Positions 17,816-27,553 of a stretch of 64,000 nucleotides of DNA are shown here, piece after piece. The DNA comes from Thermoplasmata archaeon (lineage in GTDB: Archaea > Thermoplasmatota > Thermoplasmata > Lutacidiplasmatales > UBA184): assembly GCA_052326445.1 (NCBI GenBank), contig JBKQNC010000011.1, positions 65,229-129,228 of the forward strand. Reading direction: 5' to 3'. Position 1 is the first letter of the stretch; every line of letters begins with the position of its first letter. The position numbers and the translations under genes were made by a program. Below the pieces are notes generated by a model. The model worked only from the letters and a program-made list of their open reading frames with translations, was not told the DNA's origin and did not search any database.

Positions 17816-18397
17816 GTGAATCCCGCCCCACTTCCTCCCGGGGAAAACGTCGCGAACCCTCCGCTCAGCCTCGCCGACCGTCGTTGGCTCCACGACAAGC
17901 TCGAACGGTTGGCGGCGGAGGAAGGTCAGCTAGCGACCGACCGGACCACCTACTATGCCGCGATCGGAACCGTGCTGATCACCGGGCTCCTGGTCGTCCT
18001 CGCGGACCTGCTCAACGAGCCCACCCTCCTCGCCGTCGCGGTCACCTTCCTCGCGGGACTCGGGATTCTGATCTCCCTCGTCTGGGCCGTTCTCCTGCAT
18101 CGCACCAACGATGCCCAGAACCTATGGCGCGAGGCTGCCCGGTCACTGGAGCGGGACAACCCCCCGCTCGAAGGGGTCTGGAACGCGCCGGTCACCCTCC
18201 GCTCGGGGGAATCCCTGAATCTGAACCTGCTCCGCCCGTATCTGGCCCATGAGGCACGGTTTGCGGACTCGCGCGCGATATCGTGGATGGACCGGGTCGA
18301 TCCCGCCTCGCTGACCGAAGTCCTCCCGTTCACGTTCACGGGGATCTGGAGCGTCGTCCTCGTCATCCTGTGGGTCTGGTATCTCTTCCTTCGGTAG
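17816..18397 (+). CDS. Hypothetical 3-TM membrane protein
   Basis: Hydrophobic hairpin plus a C-terminal helix; GTG 17816 start inferred. Confidence 0.65.
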   Translation: MNPAPLPPGENVANPPLSLADRRWLHDKLERLAAEEGQLATDRTTYYAAIGTVLITGLLVVLADLLNEPTLLAVAVTFLAGLGILISLVWAVLLHRTNDAQNLWREAARSLERDNPPLEGVWNAPVTLRSGESLNLNLLRPYLAHEARFADSRAISWMDRVDPASLTEVLPFTFTGIWSVVLVILWVWYLFLR

Positions 18398-18424
18398 GTC
18401 CCCCCGGAGCCCCTCGCGGGAAGC

Positions 18425-19804
18425 TCAAACGTCGGGTTCGGAGACCACGCGGCCCTTCTGGATGGCCCGGAGCAGGGCGCGGTAGTCGCGCTCCGTCTGG
18501 TCGGCGTACGCTTCGGCAAAGTTGGTGATGGCCTCGTCGAAAACGTCCTTCTCGCCGAGGTAGCCGCTGATGCAGGCCGGATCTCCGGTACGCGCGTGGG
18601 CGCGGGCCAGGGCCGTTCCGCACAATCCCGCCTGTCCGAGCAGGGCCTTCGGGCCAAGGCTGGTGACGTCCGCCGAGAATTTCATGTCCCGGAGCTGGCG
18701 CACGTAGAAGTCCTCCCCCCGGACGGAGCTCCATCCGAGGAAAATGTCGGAGGCCTCCTGGATCAGGTGCTGGCCCACCACGACCCGTTGGGCGTGGTTC
18801 GAGTACGGACTCGCGCCCTGGAACGGCTCGAGGGCGGAGGAGCTGGCTTGCTTCAGCTGAAGGAAGAGTGGATCCTCCACGTCCCGGTCGGCCATGAGCA
18901 GCAGGACGGAGCAGGCCGTGCCGACACTGCCCACGCCCACCACCTTCTGGGCAACGTCCACGACATGGTACCGGTCGAGCAACATCCGCCGCTCATCCGG
19001 AAGCGTGGCAAGGTAGCGGTCGAAGAAGGCGCGGGACTCCACGTCGTGGGCCGGATTGGCGTAGTGGACGATGAGCGGCGGGTCGTCGCGGATCCGGTAG
19101 CGTCCGTTGACCAGCTTCACCATCTTGGGGAACGCGTGAAGGCCGGTCCGCCGCCGAGCCTTCTTCACGGCCCGGCTCATCAACTTTCGACCGGCCGCCT
19201 TGACGCCCCAGCCGAGGTCCTGGAGGTCGAGGTGGGAGTACCAGGTGTCGAGGTAACGCTCCCGTGCGAACGTGGCCATCATCTCGCGGTAGGCCGTGAC
19301 GGCAGTGCGAGCCGCCCTCCGGTTCACGCCCCGGGAGAACCCGTTCTGGCGACCGGCGACCACGAGGCTCGCCGCGAGTCGTTTCACGTCCCACTCCCAG
19401 GGTCCGGGCAGGGTTTCGTCGAAATCGTCCACGTCGAAGACCTGGTCCCGCTCCGGCGTTCCGAAGACGCCAAAGTTGCTCAGATGGGCGTCTCCACACA
19501 GTTGGGTCCGCAGGCCGGTCGTCGGCATCGTGGAGAGGTCGTGCGCCATCACGCTCGCCGCGCCGCGGTAGAAGGTGAACGCCGAGAGCGACATTCGACC
19601 GTAGCGGATGGGAACGAGCCTGGGCACGCGATGAACGTCCGCGTCCTGGAGCAGTTCGATCGGGTCCGGCCGGTCCTTCGCGGCGGTCCACACGGCGTGT
19701 GCCGACCTCGGGACCTGGCTGCGGAGTGCCTTACCGGTCGCATACCGACGGGCCCGGGAACTCCCGCCGGGGCCGGGTCGGCTCGCTTTCACCGAGATCG
19801 CCAT
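18425..19804 (-). CDS. DUF2252 family protein (kinase-like fold)
   Basis: RYGRM..S.FTFYRG, CGDAHLSNFG, FDVDDFDE, PWEWDVKRL, KVVGVGSVG, YVRQLRDMK and LARAHAR. Confidence 0.9.
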   Translation of the reverse strand: MAISVKASRPGPGGSSRARRYATGKALRSQVPRSAHAVWTAAKDRPDPIELLQDADVHRVPRLVPIRYGRMSLSAFTFYRGAASVMAHDLSTMPTTGLRTQLCGDAHLSNFGVFGTPERDQVFDVDDFDETLPGPWEWDVKRLAASLVVAGRQNGFSRGVNRRAARTAVTAYREMMATFARERYLDTWYSHLDLQDLGWGVKAAGRKLMSRAVKKARRRTGLHAFPKMVKLVNGRYRIRDDPPLIVHYANPAHDVESRAFFDRYLATLPDERRMLLDRYHVVDVAQKVVGVGSVGTACSVLLLMADRDVEDPLFLQLKQASSSALEPFQGASPYSNHAQRVVVGQHLIQEASDIFLGWSSVRGEDFYVRQLRDMKFSADVTSLGPKALLGQAGLCGTALARAHARTGDPACISGYLGEKDVFDEAITNFAEAYADQTERDYRALLRAIQKGRVVSEPDV

Positions 19805-20022
19805 GAACCCTTGGTCCGCCTCCGGAACCCCCCGGAAGCGCTAAGCGTTCCTCGAGGGAGTGCCGTTACTGCGAAACCCGCCGCTCGGACAAGAGCTTTT
19901 GCGTGCGCGAATCCGCCCGCCCACTTCCCTCGAGACGGGTCGAGGTCCGGGCTCGGCCTTGTCTCTCCCCGAATCTTATACGGTTCGGGGAGTGCTCGGT
20001 ACTCGGGGGTCCTCGCTCGACC

Positions 20023-21777
20023 ATGAACGGCGCACCACGAGCCGAGGCCGAGCGAGCAAGCGAGTTCGAATCTTTCCTCGCGCGGGATTGGGAGGCGTGG
20101 ATCCAAGAGAACCCCGAGATGGGCACGGTGCTCGGAATGCCGGATCTGAACGACCGATGGACCGATGATTCGGAGGCCGGCATCGACCGTCGACGCCACC
20201 ATCTCTCGCAGAGCCTCTCGTCCTTGCGGGCCTTCCACCGGGATGACCTGCCTCCCACCGAGCGCCTGAACTTCGACCTCTATCTCACCTACCTGGAAGA
20301 CGCCGCGGAGGGCCTACAGTACGGGCTCGACCCGTTCCCCTTCGCGATTGGCTCCCCGCGGAACCTGAGGACCCCCGTCAACCAACTGGAGGGGATCCAG
20401 TCGATGGCCGGGGACATGGTTGAGTTGCAGCCCCGCTCGACGCTCCGGGATTACCGCGACCTCCTGGCCCGCTTGAGGGCCCTGCCGGCCGCCATCGAGC
20501 AGTGCGTGGACCTACTGGGGAAGGGTCGCGCCCTCGGATACACGCCGCCCCGGATCGCGGTCGAAGGGGTCCCGGACCAGATCTCCAACCTGATCCCGGC
20601 CGACCCGGCCTCCAGTCCCCTGCTCGATCCCTTCCGGCACATTCCCGATTCGATTCCGAGTGCCGAACGTTCTCGATTGATTGACGAGTCGCTCGTTGCC
20701 TACCGGGAGCAGGTCGTCCCCGCCTTCAAGCGGTTCCGAACCTACTTTGCGTCCGACTACCTTCCGGCCTGCCGAGAGCAGATCGGAGTCTCCGCCTTGC
20801 CGAAGGGCGGGGATGAATATCGATTCCTGGTGAAACAATCCACCACGACCGAACTGACCCCGGCCCAGATCCACGAGATCGGCCTCGCCGAGGTCCGTCG
20901 TCTGGACGCTGCGATCCAGGAGCAGATGACCCGGGCCGGATTCACGGGCTCGTACGCCGAGTTCAAGGTGTTCCTTCGGAAGGATCCGAGATTCTACTGG
21001 ACCCGGGCGGAGGACCTCATCAACGGGTATCGGATCATCGCCAAGAAGATCGACCCGGAGCTCGGTCGCCTGTTCGGCCGGTTGCCCCGCCTCCCCTACG
21101 GGGTACGCCCGGTGCCGGCATTCCGGGAAGCCACGTCGCCCGCGGCCTACTACTTCAGTGGGTCACCCACCACGGGACGCGCCGGTACGTTCTACGCGAG
21201 CACCTACCAGGTCGAGATCCGGCCGCGGTGGGAGATGGAGGCGCTGACCCTCCACGAGGCCGTCCCCGGTCATCACCTTCAGATCGCCTTGGCGCAGGAG
21301 ATGGAGCAACTCCCCACCTTCCGCCGCGAAACCGGACCGACCGCATTCTGCGAAGGGTGGGGGTTGTACGCCGAAAGCTTGGGGGAGGAACTCGGCTGTT
21401 ACCAGGACCCGTACTCCAAGATCGGACAGATGACGTTCGACCTCTGGCGGTCCATCCGCCTGGTCGTGGACACGGGCATGCACGCCCTCGGATGGAGCCG
21501 CGACCAGGCGATCCAGTTCTTCCACGAGTACACGGGAATGAGCGACACCGGGATCCGGGTCGAGGTCGACCGGTACATCGTGTGGCCGGGCCAAGCGCTG
21601 GCGTACAAGATCGGGCAACTGAAGTTCCGCGAGCTTCGCACCTGGGCCGAGCAACGCCTCGGCGACCGCTTTGACATCCGGGCGTTCCACGACATGGTGC
21701 TCGAGGAGGGGGCGCTTCCCCTCCACCTCGTCGAGGAGCGCGTCCGGACTTGGGTGGCGAGCCGCTCCGCGGGATGA
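20023..21777 (+). CDS. DUF885 family protein (putative metallopeptidase)
   Basis: IHEIGL.EV, HEAVPGHHLQ, EGWGLYAE, RLVVDTGMH, EVDRY...PGQALAYKIG and FHD.VL..GALPL. Confidence 0.92.
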   Translation: MNGAPRAEAERASEFESFLARDWEAWIQENPEMGTVLGMPDLNDRWTDDSEAGIDRRRHHLSQSLSSLRAFHRDDLPPTERLNFDLYLTYLEDAAEGLQYGLDPFPFAIGSPRNLRTPVNQLEGIQSMAGDMVELQPRSTLRDYRDLLARLRALPAAIEQCVDLLGKGRALGYTPPRIAVEGVPDQISNLIPADPASSPLLDPFRHIPDSIPSAERSRLIDESLVAYREQVVPAFKRFRTYFASDYLPACREQIGVSALPKGGDEYRFLVKQSTTTELTPAQIHEIGLAEVRRLDAAIQEQMTRAGFTGSYAEFKVFLRKDPRFYWTRAEDLINGYRIIAKKIDPELGRLFGRLPRLPYGVRPVPAFREATSPAAYYFSGSPTTGRAGTFYASTYQVEIRPRWEMEALTLHEAVPGHHLQIALAQEMEQLPTFRRETGPTAFCEGWGLYAESLGEELGCYQDPYSKIGQMTFDLWRSIRLVVDTGMHALGWSRDQAIQFFHEYTGMSDTGIRVEVDRYIVWPGQALAYKIGQLKFRELRTWAEQRLGDRFDIRAFHDMVLEEGALPLHLVEERVRTWVASRSAG

Positions 21778-21886
21778 ACCCGCGTGTTGGATGGGTCGCG
21801 GCCGCGCCGGCCCGTCCCCCGGGGGGTCAACCTCGGTCTTCCGTCGGACCTACGGGTTTATCCCTCAAACTCCCCCTTCTAAACTG

Positions 21887-22612
21887 GTGGCCCCCGCGGT
21901 GCGCCCAAGGCCCGATCTGAAAACGCTGGGTGACGGGCCCTGGGCGACCTTCCTCCACGGTAGGTCTCGCGAGATGGTCCATCGGGTCGCGTACGCGCTC
22001 GGTGCGGCCAACCACCCGGCTCCGAGCTGGGTGACGATCTGCGATGATGTGAACTCCCCTCAGGGAGACGACCCGATCCAACTCGGTTGGGTCACCGAGG
22101 ACCATCACTACGTGCTCGCCACCCAAGACGCACGCCCCCAGGACGCTGTCGCCAACATGGCCCTCGGCACGATCGTCCGGTCCGACGAGCCCGAGGCGGT
22201 TCTCGCCGAGATCACGGACTTCATCCGACTTCCGGGAGTGATCCAGGACGCGGTGAGCCGCTCGGGAGTCGACCCCCTTCGACCCGTCCTCGTGGTCGCG
22301 GACACCGACCGGGTCCGCGCGTTCTATCCGAAGGAACCCCAGGGGGTCAGCCACGTCATCGACCCGCTCCGCCGAAACCAGATGCTCACGATCTTCGCGG
22401 CGGTGGGCGAACCCGGGGCCGGTCGGATGGCTTTCGACTTCGTGATCGAGGTCCAGGGAAATAGCTTGGTCAACTGGAGAGAGGGTCATCTGATCGTCGA
22501 GAAGGCTCCTTCGGGAAGTTCGTTCCACTCCGGGGAATCGTACGCGATCGCCCAGTTCCCCGAGATGGTCGCCGCGTTCGACCGGCACCCGACTCCGCCC
22601 CGCGTGAAATGA
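21887..22612 (+). CDS. Hypothetical protein, paralog of 43430-44128
   Basis: Shares NMA, VR.D, DF.RLP and A..DR..Y with 43430-44128; start GTG 21887 inferred. Confidence 0.7.
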   Translation: MAPAVRPRPDLKTLGDGPWATFLHGRSREMVHRVAYALGAANHPAPSWVTICDDVNSPQGDDPIQLGWVTEDHHYVLATQDARPQDAVANMALGTIVRSDEPEAVLAEITDFIRLPGVIQDAVSRSGVDPLRPVLVVADTDRVRAFYPKEPQGVSHVIDPLRRNQMLTIFAAVGEPGAGRMAFDFVIEVQGNSLVNWREGHLIVEKAPSGSSFHSGESYAIAQFPEMVAAFDRHPTPPRVK

Positions 22613-22727
22613 ACGGCCAGTCGTTCTAGCCGGGCACGCAAGCTCGATCTGGGGTGCGCTAGCCTACGGATGTTGCCCGGGTCCGATCGACCTTGGGGAC
22701 GGCTTTCCCCCGGGGAGATGGGTCGGG

Positions 22728-22997
22728 TCAGTGAGTGGACCGCGGGGAGCGGGCCCGGTCGAGGGCCGAGAAGACGTCTCTCAGATGCGCGTTGCAGAGG
22801 AAGTAAGCGGCCGTCCCGGTGGGCGCGGGCGGGAACGATCGCTGCTCCGGTGCTTCTCCAGAGCACGGCACGGTGACCGAGGCGGCGCTAGGCCCCTCGA
22901 TATCGGCCAAGGCGCGGCGGATCTCGCAGGGGCCCGTGGGCCGCCCGCGGTTCGGAAGCCGGTCATCCCGGGGAGTGGGCCTACTCGCTTCGGACAT
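22728..22997 (-). CDS. Possible small metal-binding hypothetical protein
   Basis: C...C...CxxH spacing (CEI, PCSG, LCNAH); overlaps the end of the upstream small ORF. Confidence 0.4.
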   Translation of the reverse strand: MSEASRPTPRDDRLPNRGRPTGPCEIRRALADIEGPSAASVTVPCSGEAPEQRSFPPAPTGTAAYFLCNAHLRDVFSALDRARSPRSTH

Positions 22998-23166
22998 CAC
23001 CGTGAACTTCGACCTCTTCCGCCCGAACCGGGATGCCCATACGAGACAGGGAGTCCAAGGTCTCCGTTAGGGTCTCGGTGGCGGGTCGGACGAGGACGAG
23101 GTCGATGTGCGGGATCGATACGTGGTTTTCCCAGACGTGGATTCGTTTCATGACTACCTTTCCCAT
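22981..23166 (-). CDS. Small hypothetical protein (61 aa)
   Basis: MGKVVMKRIHVWENHV...; protein-like composition, unlike the Arg/Pro-rich shadow ORFs. Confidence 0.5.
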   Translation of the reverse strand: MGKVVMKRIHVWENHVSIPHIDLVLVRPATETLTETLDSLSRMGIPVRAEEVEVHGDVRSE

Positions 23167-23268
23167 CGCAGGCTCTTGAGGTTTTGCCGCCAAGCGAACC
23201 GGGATTAGGGCCTGCGGGAGAATAGCACGTCACTCGCGACTCTTGCCTTGAGCGCGCCGCCGGACCGA

Positions 23269-23412
23269 CTACACCGGCACAACCGGCTCGGTTTGGATCG
23301 AGCTCGCCCAGTTCCACTCGTCCCACGGGGCCCCCTCGGCGCTCGCTCGGGCCGAGGCCAGCTCGAGCCAGAGGAAATACTCCTCCTGCTCTTCGGGGGC
23401 CAGGTCGCACAT
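23269..23412 (-). CDS. Acidic Trp-rich microprotein (47 aa)
   Basis: Hand translation MCDLAPEEQEEYFLWLELASARASAEGAPWDEWNWASSIQTEPVVPV; GTTAAATC box about 30 nt upstream. Confidence 0.55.
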   Translation of the reverse strand: MCDLAPEEQEEYFLWLELASARASAEGAPWDEWNWASSIQTEPVVPV

Positions 23413-23651
23413 CCGAGGGGCCACGGGGGTCACTCGATTTAACTCTCGCCGTCGGACGCCTCGTTGTGTCGCTCGCCAGTAGCGGGCCGCACTCGATCCG
23501 CCCGATCGAGCAGATCAAGGAAGGAAATTTCGGCTGACGGTCCTAGAAGAAATACCCCGGGGGATCCGCGAACGTCCCACAATCCCGAGATCGTGGTGAG
23601 AGGTCCGCGCACGCAATCCCCCTCGTACTGAGGGTGCAGCAGGCGAGGGCG

Positions 23652-23699
23652 TTACCGCTTCTTCTTTTTCGCCTTCGCCTTGCTTGTCTTCTTCGGCAT
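23652..23699 (-). CDS. Possible Lys-rich micropeptide MPKKTSKAKAKKKKR
   Basis: Hand translation; clean ATG...TAA, with 8 Lys and 1 Arg in 15 aa. Confidence 0.4.
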   Translation of the reverse strand: MPKKTSKAKAKKKKR

Positions 23700-23956
23700 A
23701 GCAAGAACACATAGGACGACGTGCTACTTGAATGAGTGACCTTCTCGACTTTTCTTGACCTATTGTTCCGGAAGTGAGGGAAGCGCGCGTCAGGGTCGGG
23801 CGCTGCCGGGGATTCCTGCGGGTTCGGAAATTCATACTTCCCTCGAGAAGTTCGTACGTCTCTCACTTTAAAGATGGTGTCAAACGAAATCCGGCACGCC
23901 ATGCGGAGTCTGGAATACGGCGGAGCGGAAATCTCTTCGCACGGCGAGTGGATGGC

Positions 23957-24643
23957 ATGAACGCACCCTCCTACGCCATCGCGATCTCATTGGTCGTCCT
24001 CACTGCGATGCTCGGAGTGCTCTGCTTCCGGGGTCTGCGCAGGTACCTTCAGACCCGGATGCGAGTCCAACTCATGTGGGGAACCGGCCTTGCATTCGCC
24101 TCCGCCGCGATGGGGGTGGAGGCGGCGGTGTACCTCGGATTCCTATCGGTTCCCCTGCTCCAGGCCTATGTGTTCCTCTCCGCCGCGATCGTTGGAGTTC
24201 TCTCCCTCGGCGCCACCCGCGTGCTACGGAGCCCCCGGATCGAGCGCGTCTACACTTGGTACACGGCCGCCACGTGCGCCGTGGTCGCCATCTTCAGTTT
24301 TGCGACCCCCCTGTCGACCGGCATGGTCACGAATGGGATCATTTCCGGGGATCCGCCTCTGTTGCTCATCGTCCTCTCCACCTTGGTCACGGCCCCGGCG
24401 ACGGTGGTGCTGATCGGCGCATCGGTGGTTTCGCTTCGCCGGGACCGCCGGTGGCAGACCCTGCTCATGATCGCGGGAGCGGTCATCCTGGGGGCCGGCG
24501 GGACGCTCTACATCGCCTCGTTCCCGGTGGCGCTGTACTACGCGGAGTTCCTTGGGATCGTCCTCCTCTTCCTCGGACTCATCAGCATTCCGCAAAGCGC
24601 CCCCGCACCGGCGGCGACCGCGTCTCGCGTGTCTTCCTCCTAG
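23957..24643 (+). CDS. Multi-pass (about 7 TM) membrane protein
   Basis: About seven hydrophobic segments; no attached cytoplasmic domain. Confidence 0.8.
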   Translation: MNAPSYAIAISLVVLTAMLGVLCFRGLRRYLQTRMRVQLMWGTGLAFASAAMGVEAAVYLGFLSVPLLQAYVFLSAAIVGVLSLGATRVLRSPRIERVYTWYTAATCAVVAIFSFATPLSTGMVTNGIISGDPPLLLIVLSTLVTAPATVVLIGASVVSLRRDRRWQTLLMIAGAVILGAGGTLYIASFPVALYYAEFLGIVLLFLGLISIPQSAPAPAATASRVSSS

Positions 24644-24698
24644 ATATCGACCCCGGTGCGCCGCCCCGGAGTCCGGCTTGGGCGCGGGACGCGCGCGG

Positions 24699-25697
24699 TT
24701 ACCGACGGGACTTTCGCTTCGGGACCGCCCTCGAGGCTTCCGGTGAGGGGGGCGGGAGGAGGGTCTCGAGGTGGCGGTCGAACCATTCCCGGAAGGCGTA
24801 CATTCGCACCATCACCGCCGGCTCGACCCCCCTCACGCCGTCAATGGTCTCCACATAGTGGGTCAGGTCCTCCAGGCTTGCGGCTGAGCGGAGGATGACG
24901 AAAAAGATCTGTTGCTCCGACGAAAGGGATGCCCCGCCGACCGTTGAGAAGTCAAGGACGAGGGGGAACCGCTCTCGAAGTCGACGGGCCACCGATTCGT
25001 GGGACGTTCCGCTCTCCACGATCACATTGAGGGAAACTACCGGCCGGTCGATCGCCGTGAAATCGAAGACCGGAACGAACCAGACCGCCCAATCATTGAT
25101 CAGGTCCGCGTACTTCCGGGTCATGGTGCGAGTGGAGATCCCCACCCGGCGGGCGATCTCGCTCAGGTTCGCCGTCGGCCGTTCCCGTAACGCATGGATG
25201 ATGCGAATGTCTAGCGCGGTCAGGGCGCGCTTCGGCGGGCGGGGTCTCCACGCCACCGGTTCCTCTACCTCTCGGACCCCGGTCAATCCGCGGAGGAGGT
25301 CGGCGCGCCGGGCGAGGGTGGAGAGGTCGGGGGCCACCAGGGCCACGGAGACCCAGTCTCCGAGGAACTCCATCCCGCTCACCACACCGTCCACGAGGCT
25401 GAGGCGTCGGAACAGCTCGGCCTTGACCCGGGGATGGTCCACGCGCAGCGACACCCAGGCGCCCAGCCAGCCCAATAGCGCCGGGTTGAGCCACACGTCG
25501 TAGCGTTGGAGAAACCCCGTGTCCCGCCACGCCTTGAGGCGGGCCGCGACCCGGGCCCTTCCGACCTTCAACCGGCGCGCGACCTGCGTCGCATTGAGCC
25601 TCGGGTCGATCCCCGCGAGATTGACCGCTCCCTCCCGGTACATTTCGCGCAGGATGGCGAGGTCGAGGGCATCCGGGTCCACGGGAGCTCCGCTCAC
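24699..25697 (-). CDS. Lrp/AsnC family regulator with two HTH-RAM modules
   Basis: LDLAILRE...VARRL...V.ARL and LTALDIRII..L.....LSEIARRVG; divergent from the MFS gene. Start inferred. Confidence 0.85.
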   Translation of the reverse strand: MSGAPVDPDALDLAILREMYREGAVNLAGIDPRLNATQVARRLKVGRARVAARLKAWRDTGFLQRYDVWLNPALLGWLGAWVSLRVDHPRVKAELFRRLSLVDGVVSGMEFLGDWVSVALVAPDLSTLARRADLLRGLTGVREVEEPVAWRPRPPKRALTALDIRIIHALRERPTANLSEIARRVGISTRTMTRKYADLINDWAVWFVPVFDFTAIDRPVVSLNVIVESGTSHESVARRLRERFPLVLDFSTVGGASLSSEQQIFFVILRSAASLEDLTHYVETIDGVRGVEPAVMVRMYAFREWFDRHLETLLPPPSPEASRAVPKRKSRR

Positions 25698-25843
25698 GGC
25701 AGCGCGCCAGATGCCGAAGGGCGCTTGAGACTTCCGAAGTTGGTTGGGTCGCCGCAAACATCGGACACTGGGAGGATGATGGTTCGGTTTCTGAGGGCCG
25801 GCCCGACGAGCGGATTGACGTCCCCGGAGTATCTCTCCTCGTC

Positions 25844-27448
25844 ATGGCCCCTGAATCCGTCCCCACCGAGGTGGTGACCTCGTCGACCCAGACGTTTGAT
25901 GCCGCCGGCCGACGGGGCGCCATCATCCTTCTCGTCCTGGCGGGCGCTGCGCTGATGGTCAACTACGTGGAGACCATGCTCGTCCCGGCGCTGCCGACGC
26001 TCGTGGCCTTCTTCGACGGCGTGCCCTACACTACGATCGCGTGGGTCGTTTCCGCCTATCTCTTGGTCGGGGTCTCGACCACCCCGATCTTCGCCAAGCT
26101 CGGGGACATTTACGGCAAGAAGCGGATGTTGCTGGTCGTCCTCTCGATCTACACGATCGCGGTTGCGGTATCGGGCTTCACCCCGCAGATCGCGACGGGG
26201 ATCGGTCTCTCGCGCTTCAACGCCGTCTACCTCTTGATCGCCGTGCGGGGGATCCAGGGCGTGGGCCTGGCGATGTTCCCCCTCGCATTCGCGATGGTGG
26301 GTGAGGAACTCCCGCCGGCGCGGGTCGGACAGGCCCAGGGGCTCATCGCCGCCATGTTCGCGATCGGCGCGGCGCTCGGCCTGTTCGGCGGTGCGTGGAT
26401 CATTCAGAACTTTGGCTGGCAAGCAGCGTACCACACGGTCATCCCGTTCGCCCTCGGCATCTTCGGCCTCGCGGTCTGGCAGCTCCCAGAGTCCCGCCAC
26501 CGCCTGGCGGTCCGGCTGGACGTTCCCGGCGCCGCACTCCTCGGGGCGGCACTGGCGACGTTCCTTCTAGGTTTGTCCCAGGGGCCCTCGTGGGGATGGC
26601 AGAACTGGGCCGGCATCCACTTCGGGGGCCTGGCCTTCGGCGTCCCGGAGCTATTCCTCCTCTCCGTGGTCTTCGCGGTCCTATTCTACTTCCGTGAGCG
26701 GACCGCCGCGGACCCGATGATCCACCTCGAGCGCTTCCGGGAGCGGAACCTCGCGATCAGCTACGTCGGGGCCCTCCTCGTTGGGACCGGCCTCTTCCTA
26801 GGGTTCGTGGGAATCACCATCATCGTCGAAACTCCGGTCGTGGGACTGGGCCGGAGCGTGTTCGAGTTCGGGGTGCTGAGTCTGCCCACGACGATGTCGA
26901 TGCTGATCGCCGCTCCGTTCGTCGGCCGGGCGATCTCGCGTTGGGGTCCGAAGCCGGTGATGATTCTGGGGGCCGGGCTGGCCACCTTCGGATTCCTCCT
27001 GCTGCTGATGTTCAACCAGACCTACACCGAGCTGATCCTGGCCCCGATCCCGACCTTTGTCGGGCTCGTGATGATGATCATTGCCGTCACGAACATCGTC
27101 GTGCTCTCCTCTCGCCGAGGGGAGACCGGGATCCAGACGGGAATGGCCGAGATGTTCCAGGACCTCGGAGCGAGCATCGGTCCGGTGGTCGTCGCGGCGG
27201 TCCTCGCCAGTTTCACGGGCACTTTCTATGCCCAGGTGCAAACCCCCGCGGGACCCGCGACCGTACCGGTCGAGCTACCGACCCTTACCGCCTTCCACTG
27301 GCTCTTCGGGGTCGGGGCTCTGCTGGCGGCGACTACCGGGGTCTTGGCGCTGTTCCTCCGCAACTACCGCTTCCACCCCGCGGATGCCCCGTCCCACACC
27401 CCCACGCCGGGCGAGGCCGCGACGGCGGTTGCACCGGTCGCGGAGTAG
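25844..27448 (+). CDS. MFS transporter (DHA2-like, about 14 TM)
   Basis: PALP, motif A AKLGDIYGKKR, RGIQGVG, G..GW, PES and LDVPGAALL. Confidence 0.92.
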   Translation: MAPESVPTEVVTSSTQTFDAAGRRGAIILLVLAGAALMVNYVETMLVPALPTLVAFFDGVPYTTIAWVVSAYLLVGVSTTPIFAKLGDIYGKKRMLLVVLSIYTIAVAVSGFTPQIATGIGLSRFNAVYLLIAVRGIQGVGLAMFPLAFAMVGEELPPARVGQAQGLIAAMFAIGAALGLFGGAWIIQNFGWQAAYHTVIPFALGIFGLAVWQLPESRHRLAVRLDVPGAALLGAALATFLLGLSQGPSWGWQNWAGIHFGGLAFGVPELFLLSVVFAVLFYFRERTAADPMIHLERFRERNLAISYVGALLVGTGLFLGFVGITIIVETPVVGLGRSVFEFGVLSLPTTMSMLIAAPFVGRAISRWGPKPVMILGAGLATFGFLLLLMFNQTYTELILAPIPTFVGLVMMIIAVTNIVVLSSRRGETGIQTGMAEMFQDLGASIGPVVVAAVLASFTGTFYAQVQTPAGPATVPVELPTLTAFHWLFGVGALLAATTGVLALFLRNYRFHPADAPSHTPTPGEAATAVAPVAE

Positions 27449-27553
27449 GACATCGAACTCAGCGTCGTCCCCGAATCCCACTGCCAGACTTCATCGGCTT
27501 CCCCGGCATCCCCTCCCGGGGCAGCGCACGCGTCAGCTTCCGGGCGAACCGAA

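Noticed and set aside
23269..23412. Darobactin-like RiPP precursor (WNWASS)
   Set aside because: No radical SAM enzyme or other maturase is in the window; the three-residue match is probably chance.
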